Origin: an uncultured Gammaproteobacteria bacterium
GTDB taxonomy: Bacteria; Patescibacteriota; Microgenomatia; Levybacterales; GWA1-39-11
Assembly (NCBI GenBank): GCA_964472415.1
Contig: CAYYLC010000001.1
Coordinates: 197,269 to 237,193 of the forward strand
Length of the DNA stretch: 39,925 nt
Direction: 5' to 3'
The notes below the pieces were generated by a model. That model saw only the letters and a list, made by a program, of their open reading frames with translations, was not told where the DNA came from and searched no databases. Below, piece by piece: positions 9,634 through 19,470 of the stretch (within the stretch, counting starts at the first letter, position 1; every line of letters starts with the position of its first letter). Both the position numbers and the translations under genes were made by a program.

Positions 9634-10164
9634 ATGACCATTGGAATTGATATCAGTCAGCTTGCATATAGAAATACTGGTGTAGCAAATTATTTACTGA
9701 GATTATTAAAGGAATTAGTTCATCAAGATAATAATACGTATGTTTTATTTTTTTCTTCATTAAGGCGTGATATTGACCTGCAGGAGTTAGGTTTAGATAG
9801 GGAGAATGTTATACTCAAAAAATTTAAGCTTCCTCCCGTAATTCTTGATACACTTTGGAATAAGATGCATATAATGCCGATAGAAAATTTTATTGGAAAT
9901 ATTGATCTTTTTCTTACTTCTGATTGGACAGAGCCACCAGTAAAAAAAGCAAAAAAGGCGACTATTATTTATGACATGATAGTGTATAAACATCCGGAAG
10001 AAACGAATGAGAGGATTGTTAAAACACAAAAAAGAAAATTGAAGTGGGTAAAAAAGGAATCAGATATTATTTTTTGTATTTCTAAATCTACGAAAAATGA
10101 TGCGATTCAGATTTTAAACCTTGATAAAAATAAAGTACGGGTAATATATCCCGGAGTTGTATGA
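9634..10164 (+). CDS. Stand-alone N-terminal domain of a GT4 glycosyltransferase
   Basis: IGIDISQ..TGVANY, TIIYDMI and IFCISKSTKND. It ends at VRVIYPGV, the end of the GT-B N-domain, with no C-terminal nucleotide-sugar-binding domain. Confidence 0.8.
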   Translation: MTIGIDISQLAYRNTGVANYLLRLLKELVHQDNNTYVLFFSSLRRDIDLQELGLDRENVILKKFKLPPVILDTLWNKMHIMPIENFIGNIDLFLTSDWTEPPVKKAKKATIIYDMIVYKHPEETNERIVKTQKRKLKWVKKESDIIFCISKSTKNDAIQILNLDKNKVRVIYPGVV

Positions 10165-11282
10165 AGATAGGAATAAATGGATTTGAGGCTGTTATGCCAC
10201 GTTTTGGATATGATAAGAACGGATTTCCGAATCGTGTTGGGAGTTCAGAATTTTGTTTTCAGCTTCTCAAGCAATTCGAAAGAACTGACCTTAAAAACGA
10301 ATACCTTATTTTTCTTCCCGATAAGCCAAGTGCTGATATGCCGGAAGAGACAGATAGGTGGAGATATAAAATTATTCCAAATAGAAAGATGTGGACGATT
10401 TTCGGTCTTTCAAAAGAGCTCGTGATGAATCATGGGCTGGATGTGTTTTTTTCTCCCACGCATTATGGCCCTATTTATACGCCATGTCCGCAGGTAATTT
10501 CCATCCTAGACGTTTCCTATAAGCATTTTCCAGAAATGTTTCCCAAAAAGGATTTAATAAAATTAAAATTTTGGGGGAGATATTCTATAAATAGCTCTCA
10601 TAAGATCGTTACAATAAGCGAAAGTTCGAAGAATGATATAATAAATGAATACAAAGTTCCAGCGAGTAAAATTGAGGTTGTGCATCTGGGAATAAAAGAT
10701 ATTTCTCAAGCAAAAATGAATAGAAAAGATCTTGTACAAAAGTATGATTTAGATGATCCATATCTGTTATTCGTTGGAACATTACAGCCTCGAAAAAACA
10801 TCGCTCGCCTTATAGAAGCTTTTTCAAAAATTGAAAAAAAGGGTGTAGATTTGATTATCGTGGGAAGAAAAGGATGGGATTTCAAGAAAATTCTCGAAGC
10901 ACCAAAAAAATATCAAGTGAAAAATAGAGTGAGATTTTTGGAATTAGTAACTGATAAGGAATTGCCAGCACTTTATGAAGGAGCAACAGCATTTGTACTG
11001 CCAAGCTTGTATGAAGGATTCGGATTGCCTATTTTAGAGGCAATGCGATATGGATGCCCGGTCCTTACGAGTAGTATTTCATCACTTCCTGAAGCTGGTG
11101 GAGACGCAGCAGTATACTTTGACCCACAAGATCCAAATGATATTGCGGAAAAAATAAATGCCGTGTTAAAAAGTGAGAAACTGAGAGATGAGATGAGAAA
11201 AAAAGGCTATGAGCAGGTGAAGAGGTTTTCCTGGAAAAAAAGTGCAAAAGAAGTAATACAGATTTTTGAATCATTATTATGA
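10161..11282 (+). CDS. Glycosyltransferase family 4 (GT-B)
   Basis: [14 protein letters not shown] and [15 protein letters not shown] (EX7E) motifs. Confidence 0.93.
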   Translation: MKIGINGFEAVMPRFGYDKNGFPNRVGSSEFCFQLLKQFERTDLKNEYLIFLPDKPSADMPEETDRWRYKIIPNRKMWTIFGLSKELVMNHGLDVFFSPTHYGPIYTPCPQVISILDVSYKHFPEMFPKKDLIKLKFWGRYSINSSHKIVTISESSKNDIINEYKVPASKIEVVHLGIKDISQAKMNRKDLVQKYDLDDPYLLFVGTLQPRKNIARLIEAFSKIEKKGVDLIIVGRKGWDFKKILEAPKKYQVKNRVRFLELVTDKELPALYEGATAFVLPSLYEGFGLPILEAMRYGCPVLTSSISSLPEAGGDAAVYFDPQDPNDIAEKINAVLKSEKLRDEMRKKGYEQVKRFSWKKSAKEVIQIFESLL

Positions 11283-11830
11283 ACCGGATAGAAAGACGAA
11301 TAAGAACAATACTTCTGGAATTTAGCAATTTGCTGCTAAAGTTTGTGGGCATTGTTCCTACCCATTTCTTTCGGAGATTTTTTTATAGACTATTTGGTAT
11401 GAAAATTGGTAAGGGGTCAACACTTCATACCGGTGCAGTTTTTTATAACATAAAGAATATTTCTATAGGTAGCGATACTATAATTGGTGAGAATGTAATT
11501 CTGGATGGGAGAGAGAAGATTGTGATAGGAAATCATGTCGACTTTGCGTCAGAAGTAATGATTTATAATTCTCAGCATGACATTAATAGTGATGATTTCC
11601 ATGCAGTCTCTGCTCCTGTTATTGTTAAGGACTATGTGTTTATAGGGCCTCGGGCAATTATTCTTCCAGGAGTGACTGTCGGAAAGGGCTCAGTGGTTGC
11701 AGCGGGTGCGGTCGTTACGAAGGATGTAGCAGATTTTACAATAGTTGCGGGTGTGCCTGCAAAAGTGATCGGAGAGCGAAAAAATAAAAACCCAAAATAT
11801 AAATTAGGACGAGCAGCATGGTTCCGCTAG
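11279..11830 (+). CDS. Hexapeptide-repeat (LbH) acyltransferase, WcaF/maltose-acetyltransferase-like
   Basis: Repeats of (I/V)GxxTxI, plus [31 protein letters not shown] and GVPAKVI. Confidence 0.9.
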   Translation: MNRIERRIRTILLEFSNLLLKFVGIVPTHFFRRFFYRLFGMKIGKGSTLHTGAVFYNIKNISIGSDTIIGENVILDGREKIVIGNHVDFASEVMIYNSQHDINSDDFHAVSAPVIVKDYVFIGPRAIILPGVTVGKGSVVAAGAVVTKDVADFTIVAGVPAKVIGERKNKNPKYKLGRAAWFR

Positions 11831-11835
11831 AAGGT

Positions 11836-12696
11836 ATGCCAAAAATTTCCCTCATAATTCTTACCTATAATTCATCGCGATATATCTCCGATCTTCTAAC
11901 TGGACTTATGAACAGATTCGATAAAGAACTAGTAAATAAAGCCCTGGAGATTTTAGTTGCGGATAATGCTTCTCAGGATGAGACAGTAAAACTTGCAAAA
12001 AAATTTAAAAAAATTCAGGTAATAGAAAACGGGGGGAATTATGGATTTGCAAAAGGAAATAATTTAGCAGTTAAAAAAGCTACAGGAGAATATTTATTAT
12101 TTATAAATCCAGACGCGAAATTTATCGATGGAGATATTTTTGAGCTTTTGAAATCATTCAAAGATGAAAAAGTGGGGATTGTGGGAGGAGAGATTATGAA
12201 TTGGCAAAAAGAAAAAGAATTATCGTGTGGTAAATTTTATAAATTTTTTAGTACAACATTACTTACGCTTGGATTGGAAGAATTTTTTCGTGTGCGATTT
12301 TCTCCGGAAAAGGAACAGTTTGTAGATTTTGTGAGTGGGGGATTTTTAATGATTCGAAGAGAGGTTTTTGAGAAGCTTAACGGATTTGATGAAAATTATT
12401 TCATGTACATTGAGGATTCAGATCTATGTTTTCGCGCAAAAAAAATAGGATATAAAACAAAATTTTCCCCTAAAGCAACTATTCAGCACATGGGGCAAGG
12501 GAGTTCCAATAGGACATTTGCAATCATAAATATTTATAAAGGATTAGTATATTTTAATAAAAAGCATTCAAATTATTTAGAATACTTGTTTGTGAGATTT
12601 GCCCTAAAAACTAAGGCATTATTGCTTGTAATACTGGGAAAAATAATGAATAATAGATACCTGGTGGATACCTATTCTGTGGCTATGAAATTATGA
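11836..12696 (+). CDS. Glycosyltransferase family 2 (WbbL/rhamnosyltransferase-like)
   Basis: IILTYNS, ADNASQD, NYGFAKGNN, LFINPD and FDENYFMYIEDSDLC. ATG 11836 is preferred. Confidence 0.9.
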   Translation: MPKISLIILTYNSSRYISDLLTGLMNRFDKELVNKALEILVADNASQDETVKLAKKFKKIQVIENGGNYGFAKGNNLAVKKATGEYLLFINPDAKFIDGDIFELLKSFKDEKVGIVGGEIMNWQKEKELSCGKFYKFFSTTLLTLGLEEFFRVRFSPEKEQFVDFVSGGFLMIRREVFEKLNGFDENYFMYIEDSDLCFRAKKIGYKTKFSPKATIQHMGQGSSNRTFAIINIYKGLVYFNKKHSNYLEYLFVRFALKTKALLLVILGKIMNNRYLVDTYSVAMKL

Positions 12697-15600
12697 AAAA
12701 ATATTTTTCTTGGATCTTGGAACATGCCCTCTTTATCGTAACGCTTTTTCTCCTTGCATTTATCCCCTTGTATCCAAAAATCCCATTAGTTGATATTCAG
12801 AATACATGGGTATATATTCGTGCTGAGGATTTTGTTGTTTTTTTAGTTTTGATATTATGGACGATTTATCTTATTCGAAATAAGATAACATTGAGAACTC
12901 CCCTTACTCTTCCGATATTCGGATTCTGGATAGTAGGTGCTGTAGCAACGATTCATGGAATAATACTCCTTTTCCCAAATCTCGCAAATGTATTTCCGAA
13001 CGTTGCATTCCTGAGTTTTCTCAGAAATATTGAGTATATTAGTGTATTTTTTGTGGCATTTTCAGCCATGCGTGATAAAAAATTCCTAAAAATTATTATT
13101 TTTGTTCTTGTGCTAACACTTCTTGCGATTATTTTCTATGGGTTTGGTCAGAGATTTTTAGGTTTTCCCGCCTTTCTTACCATGAATGAGGAGTTTGCTA
13201 AAGGAGTTCCGATCCAGCTCTCAGAGCTTTCTCGTGTCCCCTCAACTTTTGCGGGACATTATGATTTGGCTGCATATCTCGTTTTGATAATTCCCATTGT
13301 AGTGAGTCTTATTTTTGGATTTAAAAATTGGTTTATAAAAATATTTTTAGGTATTACAACCATATTAGGGTTTGTGTTGCTTTTTATGACAGTTTCACGA
13401 GTTTCATTCTTTGTCCTCATTTTGTCACTTCTTATTGTCCTTTTCTTCCAGAAGAGAAAATTAGTTTTGTTTTCTGTGCCAGTTCTCGTAATTTTGGGAT
13501 TTGCATTTCTTATTTTACGACCTACGACACTTCTAGAACGATTTAGCGATACAGTGAATGAGGTAAATGTGCTTGTTAATGCAGAAACTGGACAAGCAAT
13601 AGCACATGTTGAATATGTAAGCCCTGATTATTTTAATGAGAAGATTATCGCACAGCAAGATATTGGTACTACTCAGGAGTTGAGCGATGTTCTAAATGGA
13701 GTATTGCAAGACGATACTGCCGCTACTCCTTCTGCTTTTTTACCTGCGAGACTTTTCCCTCAAAAAATCCCACTTGTTATCGATAGAAATGTTTCGACTG
13801 GGGAGGAGCTTATTCAAGGAACTGGATATATAAATCTTTCACTTTCACCAGTTGATAAAAAACTAGGGAACTTTTTCTATGAAATTACTGATGAGAAAAA
13901 CTCTAACATCTCTGCAGATGTTCTTATACTACATGGAGACTTTTTGGTAAAACGGGCAGCAGCATATGATCTCTCGTTTACGACTAGGTTTCAAGGGGGA
14001 TGGCCGAATGCTTTGGAATCATTTGAGAGAAATGTGTTTTTAGGGAGCGGATATGGAACGGTGACACTGGCTGTGGATAATAATTATCTCAGAATACTGG
14101 GGGAAATCGGCATATTAGGACTTCTGTCCTATGCAGGAATATTTGTAACACTTGGGATTTATATTGTGAGAGTTCTTCCGAAGACCGATTCAAGCCTTCT
14201 TAAAAGCTTCGTGATTGGGTATGCTGCAGGAGTTATAGGGATTGCCTTGAACGCAACACTTATCGATGTATTTGCAGCCTCAAAAGTCGCATTTGTATTG
14301 TGGCTTTTGACTGGAGTAGTGGTTGGGTTACTCTCTTTGTATCAAGTAAGAGAGTTAGATTTTAAAGCAGAGTTGAGAAACTTTACACTATCGCCTGTTG
14401 CGATAATTTTGTATATTTTTATTCTTACATTCGTTATTTATATTCCAATACTTAATAATTATTTTATTGGGGATGATTTTACGTGGTTTCGGTGGGCGGT
14501 AGATTGCACGTATGGAGGACTACAGTCCTGCCCAAATATTTTTGAACGAATAGCAGACTATTTTACATCAGCTAATGGATTTTTCTATAGACCTGGCACA
14601 AAAACATTCTTCCTTGTCGGATATTCAGTGTTTTGGTTAAATCAAGTAGTTTTTCATTTAATATCCATAATGCTCCACGCAATTGTCGTTGCGTTATTTT
14701 TTCTACTTTCTCGGAAAGTTTTGAAGAGTAATTTGCTTGCAGCACTTGGGGGCATTCTTTTTATTGTGATGAGCGGATATGCAGAAGTGGTGTTCTGGAT
14801 ATCCGGAATTGGACACCTTTTTAATGCAGTATTTGTAATGTTTTCGATACTGCTTTTTTCTGCATGGAACAACTCAAGAAAAGTTTATTATCTACTCGGT
14901 AGCATTGTTTCTATATTCTTAGCTACATTTTTCCATGAATTAGGAGTAGTGGCGCCTCTCCTTATTATTATATATTCCTTATTTGTGACAAAGCGATTTA
15001 CTATAAAAAGATTGCATAAGAAAATAGATATATTTGTATTGTTTATTCCTGTCGTGCTGTATCTTTTGATGCGTTATATGGCAAAAAGTCATTGGAGTGG
15101 AGGAGATTATAGCTACGATATTTTGATGCTACCGTTTAATGTAGTGGGAAATATTTTTGGTTATGTGATGATAGTAATTTTAGGGCCCATGTCTTTGTCC
15201 TTCTACCAGGTTATTCGTACCACTCTGAGAGAAAATATTTTTGTTGCAGGAATCTTGGCTGTGATTTTCATAGGTATCTTGTTCATTCTCTACCAGTATT
15301 TGTGGAAGAAGATTAAGCAAGATGATATTAAGATAATCCTTTTTGGAATTGCATTTTTTATTATCTCCCTACTTCCATTTATCGCTTTGGGAAACATAGC
15401 CTCTCGATATAGTTATCTTGCTTCCATTGGAATTGTAATTATTATGGTGTTTATTCTTGGTAAATTATTGAGAATTCTGATGAGGTATGGTGCAGGGATC
15501 GCCTATGGCGGGATGCTTGTTCTGCTTTCTATCTTTACGCTATTTCATATTATCCAGATTCAGCAGCTCCATGGGGATTGGAAAACAGCGGGGGATAAAG

Positions 15601-15935
15601 TTGAGCAATTCCTTATCTCCATGGATTCACTTTATAGAGATTCTTGGGCAAGTGCTGAGACAGAATTGCATTTTGTAAATGTACCGATAAAGCACAATGA
15701 TGCTTGGGTGTTTCCAGTAGGTGTTGAAGATGCGCTATGGCTTACATTCCAGAATGATGATTTGAAAGTGGTGAATCATCAAAGTATTGATGATGCAGTG
15801 GATTTAGTTGGGCTGTTTCCACATAAATCTATTTTAGTTTTTGAAGAAAATGGTCATATAGAAGAGATAAGAGTTTTTAAAAGTATTTATACAGGAGACA
15901 TAGAATACGAGTTTGTAAATACAGAAAGAGAATAG
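12693..15935 (+). CDS. Fusion protein: O-antigen ligase/Wzy-like domain plus TMTC-like GT-C glycosyltransferase domain
   Basis: N-half: RVPSTFAGHYDLAAYL, TVSR and R....W..A...LGSGYG...DNNYLRILGEIG. C-half: FIGDDF, FYRP, FHLISIMLH and EVVFWISG. About 20 or more TM segments in one uninterrupted 1080-aa frame. Confidence 0.75.
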   Translation: MKKYFSWILEHALFIVTLFLLAFIPLYPKIPLVDIQNTWVYIRAEDFVVFLVLILWTIYLIRNKITLRTPLTLPIFGFWIVGAVATIHGIILLFPNLANVFPNVAFLSFLRNIEYISVFFVAFSAMRDKKFLKIIIFVLVLTLLAIIFYGFGQRFLGFPAFLTMNEEFAKGVPIQLSELSRVPSTFAGHYDLAAYLVLIIPIVVSLIFGFKNWFIKIFLGITTILGFVLLFMTVSRVSFFVLILSLLIVLFFQKRKLVLFSVPVLVILGFAFLILRPTTLLERFSDTVNEVNVLVNAETGQAIAHVEYVSPDYFNEKIIAQQDIGTTQELSDVLNGVLQDDTAATPSAFLPARLFPQKIPLVIDRNVSTGEELIQGTGYINLSLSPVDKKLGNFFYEITDEKNSNISADVLILHGDFLVKRAAAYDLSFTTRFQGGWPNALESFERNVFLGSGYGTVTLAVDNNYLRILGEIGILGLLSYAGIFVTLGIYIVRVLPKTDSSLLKSFVIGYAAGVIGIALNATLIDVFAASKVAFVLWLLTGVVVGLLSLYQVRELDFKAELRNFTLSPVAIILYIFILTFVIYIPILNNYFIGDDFTWFRWAVDCTYGGLQSCPNIFERIADYFTSANGFFYRPGTKTFFLVGYSVFWLNQVVFHLISIMLHAIVVALFFLLSRKVLKSNLLAALGGILFIVMSGYAEVVFWISGIGHLFNAVFVMFSILLFSAWNNSRKVYYLLGSIVSIFLATFFHELGVVAPLLIIIYSLFVTKRFTIKRLHKKIDIFVLFIPVVLYLLMRYMAKSHWSGGDYSYDILMLPFNVVGNIFGYVMIVILGPMSLSFYQVIRTTLRENIFVAGILAVIFIGILFILYQYLWKKIKQDDIKIILFGIAFFIISLLPFIALGNIASRYSYLASIGIVIIMVFILGKLLRILMRYGAGIAYGGMLVLLSIFTLFHIIQIQQLHGDWKTAGDKVEQFLISMDSLYRDSWASAETELHFVNVPIKHNDAWVFPVGVEDALWLTFQNDDLKVVNHQSIDDAVDLVGLFPHKSILVFEENGHIEEIRVFKSIYTGDIEYEFVNTERE

Positions 15936-15953
15936 TTTAAAGCATTTTATTAC

Positions 15954-17390
15954 ATGAAAAAAAAGACCCTCATTTTTCTTATCATAATTTTCCTTTTCGG
16001 ATTTATAGTACGGATTTATAAAATCCATGAGCCGATTGCTGATTGGCATTCATTCCGCCAATCAGATACTGCTGCGGTTTCGAAAATTTATGCAAGAGAG
16101 GGAATTGATATGTTGTATCCTAAATATTACGATATTTCAAATGTCCAATCAGGGTTAGATAATCCAAGCGGGTACCGATTTGTAGAATTTCCACTATATA
16201 ATGTCTTTCACGCATTATTATCAAATACTTTCTCATTTTTTTCATTTGAAATATGGGGAAGGCTCATAAATATTTTTGCATCGCTTGCGAGCGCATTCGC
16301 GATATATTTATTAGTAAGAAAGTACGCAAATGAAATTTCTGCAAGATTTTCTCTAATAGCATTTTTATTTCTTCCGTTTTCTATTTTTTATAGTAGATCA
16401 ATCCTTCCGGATGTTATGATGACGACAAGCATTCTTACGGGGACGTATTTTTTCGATAAATATCTTGAAAAGAGAAGAAATACTAGGGTGACAATTTTGT
16501 TTTATATTCTGGCTTTATTTTTTGTAGCACTCGCATTTCTTCTCAAGCCATTTTCTTTGTTTTTTACGTTTCCTCTTGTGTATCTTGCGTGGAAAAAATA
16601 TAGTATCAAGATATTTTTTAGCATTCCGCTTTGGATTTTTGCAGTCTCTGCAGTTGCTCCATTAATATGGTGGCGATATTGGATTTCTCAATTCCCTGAA
16701 GGGATTCCTGTATCTGCATGGCTTTTTAATGGGAATGGTATCAGGCTTCGTCCGGCATTTTTCCGATGGATTTTGTATGAAAGGATTACTAAATTAATTC
16801 TCGGCTTTAGTGGAATAATATTTTTATTGGGAAGTTTCTGGTCGTTGAAAAAGAAGAATATATTTTTTTTCCTTTCATTTGCATTTTCGAGCATGGTTTA
16901 TTTAATAATTATCGCAACTGGAAATGTTCAGCATGATTATTATCAAATTGCAATAATTCCGACGATTTCGATATTTGTAGGACTTGGTGCTTATGAGATA
17001 TATAAATTTATTGCAAAAAGGACATTTTCAATTTTCGGATTCATGGTAGTTGGAATTTTGTTTTTAACTGCCTTTCTTTTTTCTTGGAATCAAGTGAAGG
17101 ATTATTTTAATATAAATGATAGGAATATGGTTGAAGCGGGGAGGCGAGCTGACGAGATTTTGCCACAGAATGCTTTAGTGATTGCCCCTTATGATGGAAG
17201 TAGCACACTGCTCAATATGGTTTCTCGGAGAGGATGGCCAGTATTCCAAAGTTCTGTAGAAGATCTGATAAAAAAAGGTGCAGATTATTTAATAATAGCA
17301 AGTCCTACCGAGAATGATAGAATGGGATTTGGTAGACAATATGAAATATTAGAGAGTAGTGATGCATATTTGATACTAAGGCTACAATGA
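15954..17390 (+). CDS. GT-C glycosyltransferase, PMT/ArnT-like (family 39/83-like)
   Basis: First loop WHSFRQSDTAAVS, EFPLY, YSRSILPD, LAFLLKP and many TM helices. Confidence 0.8.
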   Translation: MKKKTLIFLIIIFLFGFIVRIYKIHEPIADWHSFRQSDTAAVSKIYAREGIDMLYPKYYDISNVQSGLDNPSGYRFVEFPLYNVFHALLSNTFSFFSFEIWGRLINIFASLASAFAIYLLVRKYANEISARFSLIAFLFLPFSIFYSRSILPDVMMTTSILTGTYFFDKYLEKRRNTRVTILFYILALFFVALAFLLKPFSLFFTFPLVYLAWKKYSIKIFFSIPLWIFAVSAVAPLIWWRYWISQFPEGIPVSAWLFNGNGIRLRPAFFRWILYERITKLILGFSGIIFLLGSFWSLKKKNIFFFLSFAFSSMVYLIIIATGNVQHDYYQIAIIPTISIFVGLGAYEIYKFIAKRTFSIFGFMVVGILFLTAFLFSWNQVKDYFNINDRNMVEAGRRADEILPQNALVIAPYDGSSTLLNMVSRRGWPVFQSSVEDLIKKGADYLIIASPTENDRMGFGRQYEILESSDAYLILRLQ

Positions 17391-18559
17391 TCAAGATTTT
17401 ATTTGTAACATATGATTTTCCGTTTCCGCCAAATTCTGGAGGAAAAAGTAGAGCTTATAATCTCATGAAGTATGCGAAGACGAAAGGTGTACAGATTTAT
17501 CTCTTGTCATTTATGAGAGCTAGTTTTGATAAAAAATGGAAAAGAGAGCTATATGATATCGGAGTTTCAGAAGTAGGGGTTCATAAGAGGAAGAAATTAA
17601 AGTCCATATCTACTATCTCTAAAAATATCCTTTCAAAGGACTCTATTTTTAAAACTCTTTATCATGATGATGGTTTTAAGAAAAAATTATTAAATATGAT
17701 AGAGGTGCATAATATAGACGTTGTCCATTTTGAATCAAGTTATACTGGATATTATCTGAAGTATGTAAAAACGGGAAAAATTAAAACAATTCTTGGAACA
17801 GAAAATATTGAACACCTTTTATATCAGGACTTTCTTAAGACTACAAATTTTATACAAAAATCTATATTGCAATTTCAGATTGATCGATTTAAAAGAGAGG
17901 AGGAATTGATGATGAAGTTGGCAGACCTAAGTCTTGCGGTAACTAAAGATGAGGCGCGATATATAGAGAGAATTTCAGGTAAAAAATGCGAAGTTGTAGA
18001 AAATGGAATTAGCGTAAAAGATTTAAGCTATTCTTTCCAAGAGCGCACTATCGATAATCTCATATTCGTTGGAAATTTTTCATACATGCCAAATCGAGGC
18101 GCGATTCAATATTTTATTCGTGATGTAATGCCGAAATTACCCGAAAATATAACTTTAACGATTATTGGAAAAAACGTTTCAAAGTACGTGGAGCCGAGTG
18201 GGAGAATTAGAGTAAAAGATTTTGTATCGGATTTATCTGTAGAGTATAAGAATTCTGATGCGCTGATTTTCCCCGTTAAAATAGGTGGAGGAACGAATTT
18301 TAAAGTTCTTGAAGCCATGGCTTTGGGGGTGCCGGTTGTAGGATTTGCTGATAAAATAGAAAGCATAGGAGCTCGAAAGAATAAGGAATTTTTTCCTGTA
18401 GAAAATGCCTTGGATTTTGTACGACAGATCGAGACTATTCAGAATAAGAGAGAAATAGTAAAAGAGGTGACGATGAGTGCAAGAAAACTAGTGGAGGAGA
18501 ATTATTCTTGGGAGGAGATTGGGAGAAAGCTCAATACTATTTGGAAAAATTATAAATGA
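17387..18559 (+). CDS. Glycosyltransferase family 4
   Basis: FPPNSGGKSR, FVGNFSYMPN, GGGTNFKVLEAMALGVPVV and YSWE motifs. Confidence 0.92.
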   Translation: MIKILFVTYDFPFPPNSGGKSRAYNLMKYAKTKGVQIYLLSFMRASFDKKWKRELYDIGVSEVGVHKRKKLKSISTISKNILSKDSIFKTLYHDDGFKKKLLNMIEVHNIDVVHFESSYTGYYLKYVKTGKIKTILGTENIEHLLYQDFLKTTNFIQKSILQFQIDRFKREEELMMKLADLSLAVTKDEARYIERISGKKCEVVENGISVKDLSYSFQERTIDNLIFVGNFSYMPNRGAIQYFIRDVMPKLPENITLTIIGKNVSKYVEPSGRIRVKDFVSDLSVEYKNSDALIFPVKIGGGTNFKVLEAMALGVPVVGFADKIESIGARKNKEFFPVENALDFVRQIETIQNKREIVKEVTMSARKLVEENYSWEEIGRKLNTIWKNYK

Positions 18560-19470
18560 AGAAAATTGACTTATCGATAATAATCGTAACATTTAAATCA
18601 GAAAATTTGATAGAAAAATGTTTGGATTCTGTGTATGAAAATGCAGGCGATGTTAGTCTTGAAGTGATTATCTCCGATAATAGCCCAAATCAAAATACGA
18701 AGGATGTAATTGAGAAAATTCAGAGTAAATACAAAAACTTTGCTTTTGTTAAGAATAAGAAAAATGAGGGATTTTCTCGCGGCAATAATATTGGAATTAA
18801 AAAAGCAGTCGGTGAATATGTGCTTTTTCTAAATCCTGATGTGATTCTTAAAAAAAATACTTTGAGAGGGATGCTTGATTTTATAAAGGAGCATTCAAAC
18901 GCAGGAGCTGTCACTTGTCGGGTAAATCTCATGAATGGACAACTTGATGATTCGTGCCACCGAGGATTCCCTACTCCATGGAATGCATTTTGTCATTTCA
19001 CGAAGCTTTCAAAACTATTTCCCAAGATAAAACTTTTTTCAGGATACAATTTAACATATATGGATTTTTCTAAAACTCACGAGATTGATGCTTTGGCTGG
19101 GTCTTTTATGTTGATGCCATTTTCATTAGGTAGAAAATTAAATTGGTGGGATGAAGATTACTTTTTTTATGGTGAAGACATTGATTTTTGCTACCGGATT
19201 AAAAAAACAGGTTTTAAGATTTATTTTGTTCCTAAATATGAGGCTCTTCATTATAAAGGGGCTTCGAGTGGTATCAAAAAAATATCCAAAAATATCAGCA
19301 CTGCTGATAAAAAGACGAAGCTTTGGGTTACTAATCAGCGCTTTAAGGCGATGGAGATTTTTTATGACAAACATTATAAGAAAAAATATCCGAGTATATT
19401 AAGATCGGCCATATTACTCGGAATTAATTCTCGAAAAAATATAGAAAGGATGCGTATCTTTTTAAGTTAA
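18556..19470 (+). CDS. Glycosyltransferase family 2 (WbbL-like)
   Basis: IIIVTFKS, SDNS, GFSRGNN, LFLNPD and WDEDYFFYGEDIDFC motifs. Confidence 0.92.
   Translation: MKKIDLSIIIVTFKSENLIEKCLDSVYENAGDVSLEVIISDNSPNQNTKDVIEKIQSKYKNFAFVKNKKNEGFSRGNNIGIKKAVGEYVLFLNPDVILKKNTLRGMLDFIKEHSNAGAVTCRVNLMNGQLDDSCHRGFPTPWNAFCHFTKLSKLFPKIKLFSGYNLTYMDFSKTHEIDALAGSFMLMPFSLGRKLNWWDEDYFFYGEDIDFCYRIKKTGFKIYFVPKYEALHYKGASSGIKKISKNISTADKKTKLWVTNQRFKAMEIFYDKHYKKKYPSILRSAILLGINSRKNIERMRIFLS

Noticed and set aside
10140-10170. Frameshift joining the half GT4 to the next GT4
   Set aside because: The downstream gene already has its own complete N-domain, so a fusion would duplicate it. No slippery run is evident at the junction.
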